This document shows positions 12,824-24,737 of a DNA stretch of 64,000 bases, piece after piece. The position numbers were made by a program, and so were the translations under genes. Positions within the stretch are counted from its first letter, which is position 1, and each line of letters opens with the position of its first letter. Under the pieces are notes generated by a model. That model was given only the letters and a program-made list of their open reading frames with translations. It was not told the DNA's origin and ran no database searches. Source of the DNA: Narcine bancroftii (lineage: Eukaryota); NCBI RefSeq assembly GCF_036971445.1, contig NC_091480.1, forward strand, positions 15,686,001-15,750,000, written 5' to 3'.

Positions 12824-12960
12824 CCTTAATGAAAGGCTCAGGCCCGAAATGTCGGTTATGTATTTTTACCTTTTCTATATAAAAGACACTGCTTGACCTG
12901 GTGAATTTCTCCAGCTTTATGTTTTTACTTCAACCCCGCTGTCTGCAGAGTTTGCGTTTT
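12824..12960 (+). mobile_element. Penelope-derived short element with a hammerhead-like core
   Basis: ccttaatgaaaggctcaggcccgaaatgtcggttat followed by the family arm ...ttgacctggtgaatttctccagc...gtctgcag. Confidence 0.65.
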
Positions 12961-15900
12961 ACAATTCACTACATGTTACTCGATTTGGGTAATGAGAGAG
13001 TAGCTGAGCCATGTGATGATACCGAATTATTTCTCAGTTTGAACGTCATCAACCTCAGATCAAGACATTGAGCCTCCACATGGAAGGGCGAGGACATAGA
13101 GAAATACAAATTCATCTGTGGATAATGGTGAATAATAATGTCCAAGGAAAGTTGATTAACAGCACGTTGTTCTTTGATTTGCCCAGTGCAACATTTGATC
13201 TTGTAACAGAACTCCCAGTTACACATTGTACAATGAAGGCAGCTTGGAGAGAAGCTACCAGAAAATAATTACATAATAAGCCATTCAACTTGAGTATCAA
13301 CATCTTTACAAAGCCCACAATAAGTCCACAGAATGGATAATTTTAATACCGGAGTGCTTCATATATACCCAGTATTTATAAGTGAAATTGATCGATACAC
13401 AAAAGGTCAGAATAATTACCGTATAATTCTGCTTCAAGAGGTCACAACAAGAGGTGAAATTCACTTATAGCTGTGGTTTGCGAAGGAGGTATAATTGCAA
13501 TAGCTTCAATTGACAACAGTTTGCTGCCAGTTTGTAATCTTGTTCCCCACTTCTATTCAGTGAAGATTTTAACATAATTGTTGTAAATATCCTTTTATTA
13601 TTTTAAATTCAAGTTTTTCTGCAATGGATTGGAACTGCATGATTAAAACGACATCAAGATCAAAATAGCAAATGTGTTGCCTTTTGTAATTTTCTGCTCT
13701 AAATCATTATTGCATTCAAGGCTCAGTTCCCAAGTTTAATTTGAAATAAATCATAAACGTCTTCTTTTATTTGTGGTGATGCATTATCTGCAGGAAGTTG
13801 TTGCAGAAACAGATCTTAAAAAGATGATATATTTCAAAGCTTTCCTCACACCTTGAAATTCATTAACCTATTGTTTGGAAAAAGATGACATATAAATAAA
13901 AGTGGTTATGCAAAATGAGAAAATTAGATCTTGGAACACTGAGGAATGAACGACATTGCATTCAGGAAATGACGTGCAGAACTTTTAGCATCTTGACTTT
14001 AATTGACATTTTGATCAGACAGCATCCGTGGTTATTTCTACCCATGAATGCAGTCTGACCTGCTGCATTCCTCCAGCAGTTCTTTGTCTGCTCTATTCCC
14101 TGATATGCAGATGTTAAAAAAATCTAAAAGAACTGCTCACCCAGGATTGCTTTCTAATAATTTATTCCTCAAGCAACATTATGCATTATCACATAATTGT
14201 TTCTGAGAGTTTACATTGCACAAATGGGTATTATCATAAATTACAATGGTGACTTCTCTTCCAAGGGTTTAATTGGCTGCAAAGAGAATTGTGGTGTCCC
14301 TACACATACAAAGGTCACAACTTTTATTCTCTTTTCACTTTATATTAATTAAGGATGACCAGCACTTCAGGGTATAAGAGTGTAGAAGGAAAACTGCGAT
14401 ACTTTGTTTAACAATTTCCTTTCAAAGAGTATGAAAATGTCACTTATTTATTTAGATTGTGAAATAGAAAGTGAGTGATTCTATTATTACTATCAGCGAG
14501 TTGTTTAACTTTGGATGTTGGAGTCCTGATAAGGATTCTGATAATTGACAACACCAAGAGAAAGGGTACATCCAAATGAGGAGATCCGTTCCATCACATC
14601 CCATCAGCTCTGCTGGTTCATCTGCAGGGGATTGCTATCCCGTCATATATGCTGGTATGTCTATGATGTCCCCAGTGCCCCTCATGTTCTTAATATTGCA
14701 GATATTGAGTCCAAAAGTCTACTTTGACTCTCTTTCCTAGTTTTCAGGTGACCTCTTGAAATCCATAAGAAGAAGTTGCTGGAAAGAGAGCAAATAAATA
14801 GCAAAGGAATCAATTGTTCTTGGCTACTTGCCAGTCCATTTCCATTCAACTAGCCACAAATAAAATGGATGTCTGTAGAAAGTGAAAAGCCGATTTTTAT
14901 CTGAAATCCTGGATAAATTAAATCTGCCTCATTCATTCCTTCAATAATCTGCAAAGTATTTTAAAATTGGAACAGAAGTCAGTCTTCAGCCTCACTGGTC
15001 AATTCTACTTTTCCATTCCATCATGAGTTTGATCTAATAGAATGTTTCCTTCCTTAGCTTCATATTCTGTAATATCATTTCCTACCAAAATGCTTTCGAT
15101 CTCTGTGCTGAACATTGGATTTGACTCAGATCAGGAGCCGAACTGTAGAAAGAGTTTCAGATTATCACCACCCTTTGTGTGAACAATTGCTTCCCAATTT
15201 CACTTGATAATGCATTGACTTAGTTAAGTTCATGATCGCCATTGCCTGATGATTAATCTTATATTCTGTTGAATCTGCATTGTACTTTGTTCAATTTACC
15301 CCTTGTTCAGGATATTCCCAAAACTGAATGCCGTTTGCTCGGTGACGCCTAACCTAATGGGTTTTAAAATGTTGTGTGTAACAACTATGAAGTATGTTAT
15401 GGCAAGTCTGAAGGATTTCTTTAGCAACAACTTCCAAATTCATGACCTCCGCCACCAAAATGGACAAGGGAAGTGGAATATCACCAGCTGTAGTTCCTTC
15501 CCCAACTTGTATACTAACATGAATAAGAAATATAAAATTGTCACTTGGTAAAAACATTGGAACACCTTGCACAATGACAGAGAGGACCTTCACTATAAAA
15601 TCTGCGGGCTGATAAAAGATTTAGAGATATGCAATAATTCCTGGCCTTACCACCAATTGGGTTCACTTTATTCCATGATTGAATATATAAATCTGAAACA
15701 TAACATTCTCCCCATTTGATTTTTTTAATGCGACAATCATCAATTAGCCTGAAAATAAAATAAGGCATTCAAAATAGAATGTCTTGTCATTACAATCGCC
15801 TTTTAATCTCTGCTTTCTTCTTCTTACCCTAGGCAACCTTGCTGCAGTCACGGTGCACCATTTTCCTCTTGAATTTGTCAGGAAGAGATAAAGTAAGTAA

Positions 15901-16447
15901 AAGAACAAATTGTATAATAAGGGCCCATTCCTAGAGCAGAACTGTTAGAAGCAACATAAAAGAAAGCTGTAGAGAGTCCATCAGGAAACAGAGTCTGGGA
16001 CTGGGGAAAAGGATGGTGACTAGCGAGTGGAATATCTACAATTAGGACAACAACATCATCATATATAGCAATATTATCATAGAAGACCACAATGCTTCTC
16101 AAGAGCAGTCTCAGTTGATACTAAATGCTAGGCCATAAAGAAGGTTTTAAGAAGTGTCTCAAAGAGATACCGAGAGACAAAAAGGTGCAAGAAAGGAACT
16201 CCAAGGTTTAAGTCTCAGGCAGCTGGGAGAGAAGATAAACTTGGGAACGATCAAGGGGGTCAGAATTTGAAAAATGCAGATATTCCAGAGGTGAAAGGGA
16301 GGGGGAGATCACTGAAAGAGAGATGATATAAAAGGAGAATCTGAAAACAACAAATGAGAATTCTACATTCTATGCACTCGTAATTGGAAGTTAATCCTGC
16401 CCCAATCCCACCATTTTATTCCGGTGCCAGCCTACGTTTTGCTCACA

Positions 16448-16590
16448 CCTCGATGAAGGGCTCAGGTCCGAAATGTTGGTTATATATCTTTATCTCTGCT
16501 ATGTCAAGAATGCAGTGTGACTTGCTGAGTTCCTCCAGCATTTTTGTGTCAACTATAATCACAGTGTCTGCAAATTTTCTTGTTTCACTC
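16448..16590 (+). mobile_element. Penelope-derived short element with a hammerhead-like core
   Basis: cctcgatgaagggctcaggtccgaaatgttggttat...gctgagttcctccagc...gtgtctgca, same family as 12824-12960. Confidence 0.65.
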
Positions 16591-16900
16591 CAGTCCTACA
16601 GGTGGTAGATACATGCTATCCCAGTCATTAACAATTTTTGGCTGCCTCCAAATCAAAACATAGTGTTTAAATATACAATGGGGGAAAATAAAAATGTATG
16701 TCACCAACATGGTGACACAGTGCCTCTTAGTGTAAATTTCATAAAATTGCACCGAGCCTTTAATAACGTTGCTCGTTTTGATGCACTGGGGAAGCAAAAC
16801 TTAACATGCAGGATAAGATAAAATTTAAAATTCAGGATATGATTTTAAAAAATGGGGTTTTAATTCTAAGAGGACATGGTCATAGATTATAGATATATAT

Positions 16901-17088
16901 TCTTCTTTGGCTTGGCTTCGCGGACGAAGATTTATGGAGGGGTAATGTCCACGTCAGCTGCAGGCTCGTTGGTGGCTGACAAGTTCGATGCGGGATAGGC
17001 AGACACAGTTGCAGTGGTTGCAAGGTAAAATTGGTGGGTTGGGGTTGGGTGTTGGGTTTTTCCTCCTTTGTCTTTTGTCAGTGAGGTG
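16901..17088 (-). mobile_element. RTE/BovB-like LINE 3' fragment inserted in a (TA)n tract
   Basis: Reverse complement of 591-780, flanked by atatatat and tatatatata. Confidence 0.85.
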
Positions 17089-17347
17089 TATATATATATA
17101 CATTGTGTTTGCTTTTTTGTTTTTTGCAATACCTTTTAAATCTTATAAAATATATATATTTATTTTTAAACACAATGTGTGATCTATAACCATGTCCTCC
17201 TTTGTAATGCCCACCCTAGGTCAAAGACCAAAGGTCACCTAGTAAATCTGCCATTTCTGTCACTTTAAAAACATATATGCCTCTATTTGTATTAGCGACC
17301 ACCAAGTTCATGTTATTGTCATATGCAGTGACAAAGGTCAGAGTGAT

Positions 17348-17587
17348 TGTGATAGGACAGATCTATCACCAATGTATATAGTGTATATAGTTACAGTATC
17401 TAGACTGTGCTTACAGCGATTGGCTGAGAGCTAAGCCACGCCTACTGTCTGGGCCTTAAAGGGTTGTGTCCCTAGCCAGGTCGGATCATTCCGGACTGGT
17501 CGGCCACCTGTGAAGAGCTCCTGTCTTTTGCTAATGAAATCCTTGGTTTGGATCAACAAGTCTTTGGTTCTTTCGACGAGCTCTCCA
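17348..17587 (+). mobile_element. Solo LTR
   Basis: TG...CA termini, perfect 5-bp TSD GTGAT (17343-17347 and 17588-17592), an ATTGG (reverse CCAAT) box and a degenerate poly(A) signal. Confidence 0.8.
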
Positions 17588-17842
17588 GTGATGAGAGCAG
17601 AAACAGCAAAAAATTCAGAGATAATGAGAGGCTGTGAGAGATAATGAGAGATTTGACTTTGGAGAGGAAATTAGGGACAAAAAATCTGGAAGAAAAGACT
17701 AGTGATTAGCGACTGAGGTCAGGAAGAGGTAATCAGGGACTAAGCATTATGGGAAGTGGTGACACATAGGTTGCTATCTGAATAGTAACTCAGTGGCCTG
17801 AGTTCAAATCTTGCAGTGGCAGCTGTGGAATTTACATTCAAT

Positions 17843-18309
17843 TCTTCTTTGGCTTGGCTTCGCGGATGAAGATTTATGGAGGGGGTAAATGTCCACGTCA
17901 GCTGCAGGCTCGTTTGTGGCTGACAAGTCCGATGCGGGACAGGCAGACACGGTTGCAGCGGTTGCAGGGGAGAATTGGTTGGTTGGGGTTGGGTGTTGGG
18001 TTTTTCCTCCTTTGCCTTTTGTCAGTGAGGTGTGCTCTGCGGTCTTCTTCAAAGGAGGTTGCTGCCCGCCGAACTGTGAGCCGCCAAGATGCACAGTTTG
18101 AGGCGATATCAGCCCACTGGCGGTGGTCAATGTGGCAGGCACCAAGAGATTTCTTTAGGCAGTCCTTGTACCTTTTCTTTGGTGCACCTCTGTCATGGTG
18201 GCCAGTGGAGAGCTCGCCGTATAACACGATCTTGGGAAGGCGATGGTCCTCCATTCTGGAGACGTGACCCACCCAGCGCAGCTGGATCTTCAGCAGCATG
18301 GACTCGATT
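17843..18309 (-). mobile_element. RTE/BovB-like LINE, 5'-truncated, retaining the ORF C-terminus
   Basis: ORF 17898-18299 reads QLRWVGHVSRMEDHRLPKIVLYGELSTG...GAPKKRYKDCLK...CNRCNRVCLSRIGLVSHKRAC, the RTE C-terminus with a zinc finger. Confidence 0.9.
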
Positions 18310-18600
18310 CAGCCTGTCTTAATAATCATAGAACCATTCTAAATGTTGCAAAAGACAATCTGGTTTCACATTTGACCTTCCGGGAAAGAAGTTTATCATC
18401 ATTACCCTGTCAGCATGACTCTGAACACACACCCCCATCTGGGCGATTCTGGAAATGCAAGAGGAAGCCATTCTGTTCAAGTGCGATTCAGGTCAGGCAG
18501 TGAATGCTATCTTCCTGTTAGTGATGCCCACATCCTGAAAATGACTTGAATCTGAGGTCCATGATATGTGATCAGGTGCTTTAAGATATAATTAGAGAAT

Positions 18601-18812
18601 TATGATACTATGGGATCCTATCACCACGATATATTTACATATAGTGATAATGATTGGCTGAGAGCCATAACCACTCCTACTGGCCAGGTCATAAAGGGCT
18701 GCACCTAACCAGATCCAAGTCAGTCTGGACCTCAATGTACTACGCTCCAGTCTTTTAATAATAAAAACCTTAATTTAAATCAACAAGTCTTTAAGTCATT
18801 CAACACACTACA
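18601..18812 (+). mobile_element. Older solo LTR related to 17348-17587
   Basis: Shares gattggctgagagc...cctact...aaagggct...atcaacaagtcttt with the first LTR, has AATAAA and ends in CA. TSD AGAAT/GGAAT has one mismatch. Confidence 0.65.
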
Positions 18813-19069
18813 GGAATAACTTCTTAATATTGGATAAATTATGCTTCTGGTTTAGAACAAAGAAGGTCAAGAAAGACTGAAGGTACTTACTGATACCATT
18901 TGTCAATCAGTTCAAATCATAACTAACTAGTTATGAGTAGGGCTCTCTAGTTATTCAATTTGATCATACAATGCCAATGCATTTATCTACCATTGATTCA
19001 CTTCTCAAAAATATCCCAATCACCAGAATCTATCAATCTTATTCTGAAAAATTGACTTGAGTATAAATA

Positions 19070-19850
19070 AAAAGAGAAGAAGGAGCAGCTCTTTGGCCAA
19101 GTATATACCTGCTCCACATTCAGTAAGATAATAGCTGATCTTTTACCTCAATGGCAGTTTCCTTCACTAATCCCATCCACTTTATTCCCTTAAAAATCTA
19201 CAAATCCATTAATTTCTGGCAGGAATGTACTCAGTAATTGACCATCATTGCTCTCTTCAAAGATTCATTATCATCTGGGGGAAAAAAAAAATTCATCTTA
19301 GTCCTGAATATCAATCCCAGTTCTCAACACCCAGCCAAGAGGAACTGCCCTGCATTTACCCTGTCAAGCCTTGTGAGAATTTCGGAGGTTTCAATCAGAT
19401 CATCTCTCTTCCTTCTAAACTCAAATTAATATTGGTCCAGTCTCTTTCGCCTCTCCTCACCAAACAAATTCCCCATCCCCAAAATCAATCTTGGAAACCT
19501 CAGTGGCATCCATTGATCACAATTATATCTTTCCTTAGATGGGGAGCCCAGATCTGTATGCAATATTCCAGGTGTGGTCTGTATATGATCTCTTTACCAT
19601 TTCCTGCCATTCCCTTAGCTTGCATCTATCCTCTTCAAGGCTCTCTACATGCTTCTCACATCCCAGACTGTCCATGTAAACTGACTACATCGCTGCAACA
19701 GCAAACATGGATATACAGTATTACACCTGCTTACATGATCCCCTTCATGTCATCGATGTAGAATGTGAACAGTTGGGATCACAGCACCAATCTCTCAATT
19801 AGTCTCACCCTCTGCACCTAAAAATAACCTGTTTATTCCTTCTCACAATG
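19070..19850 (-). mobile_element. Decayed CR1-type LINE
   Basis: Contains characteristic CR1 ORF2 reverse-strand phrases such as caatattccaggtgtggtct and atagctgatcttttacctca. Confidence 0.55.
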
Positions 19851-21698
19851 GAGTTTGTGCAAAATATTTGCACTAAAATCGGTTCAAATACTGCCTGCTA
19901 TTCTCAACCATAAGGACATCTACCTATGCATCATTATTGCTTCCACCTTAGAGTAGTGGTGCAGCAGATAGAGCTGGGTTTGATCCTGATCTCTGGTGCT
20001 GTCTGTGTGGAGCTTGCACCTTCTCCCTATAAATGAGTGGGTTTCCCTCAGGTGCTCCTGTCTCCTCCCATATCCCAAAGATGTGCAGGTTCGGAGGTTA
20101 AATAACTGCTGTAAATTGCCTCTTGTTGCTTATGAGGTAGTAAGAGAACTTGGTGACAAGAGATGAAGGAAAAAGTGAATTGGTTACGGATTGTGAGCGA
20201 GGAAAGTGATTGATGGGATTGTTCTGAAAGCCAGCCTAAACTCAATGGCCTGAAATGCTGTACATAAAACTCAGCATATCACACAGCATCCATAGAAAGC
20301 AGAGGCAGCCAACATTTTGGGCCTGATACTGTTTGAAAGGCCTTCTAGGTTTAAAATAAATAAATATACTATTAAAGTCACTCGGAGGAGTCTGAACACA
20401 CTCACAATCAACAATCATTCGGACTGTTTGAAAAAAAAATCTGTATTTTGCTGTTCAAACTAATTAAACTTTCAATTTTTCACTTTTATCTACCCTTATT
20501 TTATAAGGACTAACTATTGCCATGTTTCCTTCTCTGAAACTCTGATCCTACCAATAACCTTAAGTTCTCCCATACTTTTTTTTTTGAGGTCTTTGAATGG
20601 GACAATCCATAACCAACAAATGGACGATTGGATCTTATATAGACAAGGCAAACCATGCACAGCACTCAACCATGCACCTGAATGGACCATTCAAATAAAA
20701 ATCATATTCACCTAACCAATCAATACTACAACATTGAACTGAGGAGCATTTTGACTTTGCAGAAAGGATGATGGATATGTTGTACACCTGTGACCAGAAC
20801 TCTTATCCATGCTTTTGTTATCTCTACTCCCCTTTTCCAGTGCCCTCATTCCCAATTTCTCATCACTTTTCTCTACATCTCTCACACCTCTTAATAATGT
20901 GGTTCCCATTATTAAGTATGATATCTAGTCTGAGGTCTATAAAGTTTTTGTGTTTAACTTAATTTTTGTACCCTCTGCATTCCCTGACCTCCAAAGAGCT
21001 CCTTTTGACATTTCACCATTTATTTTATATTGCCTCCCCTCAGTCTTCCTTCCAAAATGTAACCTGGAGAAAATGATGTGTTCTGCAGAATAAACTTTTC
21101 CACTTCCCTTCCCAGTATTACAGATGTTCTTAAGCCTAATGTTTTCAACCAAAAACACCTAATTCCCTTCTTAATCTCACCCATGATTTGACATCAAAAC
21201 AATAGAGGAGGGTGGGAGGAGAACTCACCTGACACTTCAAGTCTATCATTCAATATGCTTATGGCTGATATACCCCAGATGTAAACCCCTCTTCTGTGAC
21301 AGTTCATAGAAGTCCCTTCTATAGTGAAATTTAGCAAATTATAAAGACAGGTTTCCTCTGCCTTTAAAACACTCCACTTACCTGCATAAAAGGTCCAAAG
21401 GTGGATTAGCAGGTCCAGGTTCCCTCTGCCAAGGGTGGTAGTGTCAGAGGTGGAGCCAAGTCGCTCCACCTCCTGCGTAAAAGGATTGCCGCTGAAAGCG
21501 GTTCCAAAAGGGGAGGGCTGATGACATTGTGATGATGTCATCCACCCATGATCCAAGAACATGGATTTTAAAGAACCCATATGGTCGAAAAAAGGCAATT
21601 ACGAAGCGTATTAGATCTGCTTGAGTTTGAAGACTGCTGGAAGAGATCTCCACTAGTGCTCGTACCTGCTCATCCCTGACTTGCTTACCACAAGTCCT

Positions 21699-21956
21699 CT
21701 TTTGTTTTGATTTTAATTAATCCAAAAGTTCAGGGAGGAAAGTCTAGATAGAGTGTACAGTAGTACTAATTCTAGATTAGTAAATGCAAGTGAAACGGGA
21801 AGGTCTGCAGATGCTGTGTCTATAGTGCATTACACAAAGGAGCTGAAGACACTCAGCAAGTCAGGAAGTAAAGGGTGACCAACATTTCTGGCCTGAGTCC
21901 TTCATCCCGAAACATTGGTTACCCTTTACTTTCTAAAGATGCTGCTTGAGCTGTTG
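21699..21956 (+). repeat. Direct duplicate of 24031-24288
   Basis: About 255 bp with few mismatches, covering non-repeat flank plus a Penelope-derived hairpin element. Confidence 0.9.
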
Positions 21957-24737
21957 TGTATAGGCCGCTTTTGCTTCTCATCACGTATGTTTCTCGTCAC
22001 AGTGACAGAAGGCATTACTGCACTATACCTTCGACTTTGGAAGCCAGCTCGGGAATCTCCTCTGCGTGAAAGGACTGTGCGGTCTGCCTTTCCATCCTCT
22101 GCATAAAAGGTAAATTCACCTTTTTTTTCCATAATTTGAGCAGGGGGTAACATGCATAAAAAACCCCTATGGACCAATTCACCAACATTTCAAACAATTA
22201 TCGATCTCTACCTTTTTTACATCTAATGAACTAAACTCCACAGCTTCATCAAACAGAGAAATGCAGAAATTCATCACCATCTGTAAAAATACATTTCTTT
22301 GCACTTTTTTCTAAATAACCAGCTCCTTACCTTGTAACATTCACTTTCTCCATTGTCTATTATTTAGCTGTTCTCTCTAAGCACTTTTGAATGTCTATGT
22401 AACTGGTAATGTGGCACAGGTAACTTGCCTGGATGTTATGCTTACCACAAGTCCTCACATTAGTTCTGTTTAACATGTTGGAAATATACTCATACCATTG
22501 TCAGGGCTTGTATAATATTTAACTTCAATACAATGCTTAAGTGTTGTATATGTGACATGAAGCATATGAAGTAATGACAACATACGTTGCTGAAGTTATA
22601 AGGTTTATTGAAATCTTAATTTTACATTGATCTCTGCACTACTTGTAAAGAGTTGATTAATGTGTTCAAGCAATGTACCATCTGTATTGTCTTTGGTGGT
22701 CCGTTTATGAAGCTGACACATGACTTTGCAGTGGTACCTCATTTGGAACGTTACCAATTACAGAATACTTATTCAAACCCAGCAGTAAATATGATTAAAA
22801 TCACAAGGGATAGAATGAAACATAGATGCACTATCATGTGACATGGAAATGTCTTCTCACAGAGAGAGGTGAAAGTTAGATAATTAGAAACATTTGAAGG
22901 GAAGCCTGATAAATATTTGATAGACTGAGGAATAGATGGGTGTGGAGAAATAACCACAGCATCCAGTATGATCATATGAAATGATGGCCCTATCTTCTTG
23001 TGTTCTTGTATATGCAATGGTACAGTTGCCATCTTCCCAACTTATTAATTATCAAGTGATTATTTTTTCAAAAGCCAGTTTGAGGATGGATCATAATCAT
23101 AGACACATTTTGACTTTAATTGAAATTAAGACCTGGAGAAATCCAAAATGAAGGTTCATTGCCTTTCTGCTCAGGCACATGCCAAACCTTGCACTGTAAG
23201 GAAACTTGTGGTTTTCAAAAGGAACAGTTTAAGTCCATTCTAAACAGTTTATCCTAGAATCATTAAGAGTGGTCATGGAATAGACATAAAAAAGACAATG
23301 TCAACAAATTAACATGTCCTGCATCTTTCACCTCTTGATCCTGAGAATGCACTGACCATATATTGGAAATATTGATTTAGAATACATATTCATGAATGCC
23401 AACAGTTGAATGTTAGAAGTCATATTAGTCCCCAAAATAAAATTCACATCACTGAGTTTGAGAATGCTTGTAATATATCTTTTGGGCAAAATGCACAATA
23501 TTTTCATGGCAATAACATCCCATGTTATGACTGGCAGCTTTCATTGAGTTTATTGGGTTGCTTTTACGTAGTTATTAAATAAAGGACATGTTCACATTCA
23601 CATTTGCTGTCATCTGTAGCAACCTGAAACCAAAAAACTCAGTAAGCAACGCTAAGTAAGTTTTTTTATAACAAAATGACATTTAAATCCGCCCTTCTGA
23701 TGCTTATCCCAGTTGTGATCAAATATAATTGTCTATTTCCATGTCAATATTTAAATGCTGTTTTATCTCTGTAGCTCCCATGGGATTAAGAAATTAATGA
23801 ACATGGAATACTCAATTGCTTTAGAAAATTGATATACTCGAGAACTAATACATGCACTTGGTTCACTTTCTTTCAATTACTGTAGATTTAAGTGCTCTTA
23901 ATCAGCATAAATTGGCTGATATGTTTCTGACAACGGTCACTACGCTGCAAAAAGTACTTGATTATTTCTATTGGCCATTAAGAGCTTTGGGAAATCCAGG
24001 GGTCATGAATTATGCCATACCAATGCTAATCTTTTGTTTTGATTTTAATTAATCCAAAAGTTCAGAGAGGAAAGACTAGATAGAGTGTACAGTAGTACAA
24101 ATTCTAGATTATTAAGTGCAAGTGAAACGGGAAAGTCTGCAGATGCTGTGTCTACAGTGCATTACACAAAGGAGCTGAAGACACTCAGCAGGTCAGGAAG
24201 TAAAGGGTGACCAACATTTCTGGCCTGAGTCCTTCATCCCGAAATATTGGTTACCCTTTACTTTCTAAAGATCCTGCTTGACCTGCTGAGTTTCTCCAGC
24301 ACTATTGAGAACAGTATTAATAGTTTTAAGAGACAATGCTATACAATATTTAGCCAGAGTAGACATGATTAGGTAATGGTGATCACACTACTGTTAAAGA
24401 GAGAACATGATGATCACAAATAATTGATCTATAAGTTTTAGCAAATCATTTGATTTTTCTGAAGAAATCATCCTATGTTTCTTGGGAGAAGTTGTAGTTC
24501 TCAATTTTATTTCTTTAAATAGGTTTTTTTTGTGATTGCCAGTGCTGCCTAATGTGTGTTTTGTGTGTGCACCAAGGTTTCATTGAGATATAAAATAAGA
24601 TGATAATAAACTTGAACTAAAGGTAAATTGATATTGCTTCTTGTAAGATTTATTGCTTGCACCAAGTAATCCTCTCCGTTTCCGCCTCCAAGTCACTAGC
24701 TGCTTCTATTAGCTGTCAGTTAAATAATCTGCAACTT

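Noticed and set aside
14560-14780. Minus-strand exon-like segment after a good acceptor (ctctctttccag)
   Set aside because: All three frames stop within about 100 nt and there is no homology. A non-coding exon cannot be supported from sequence alone.
19225-19761. 178-aa plus-strand ORF
   Set aside because: Antisense reading of a decayed CR1 LINE.
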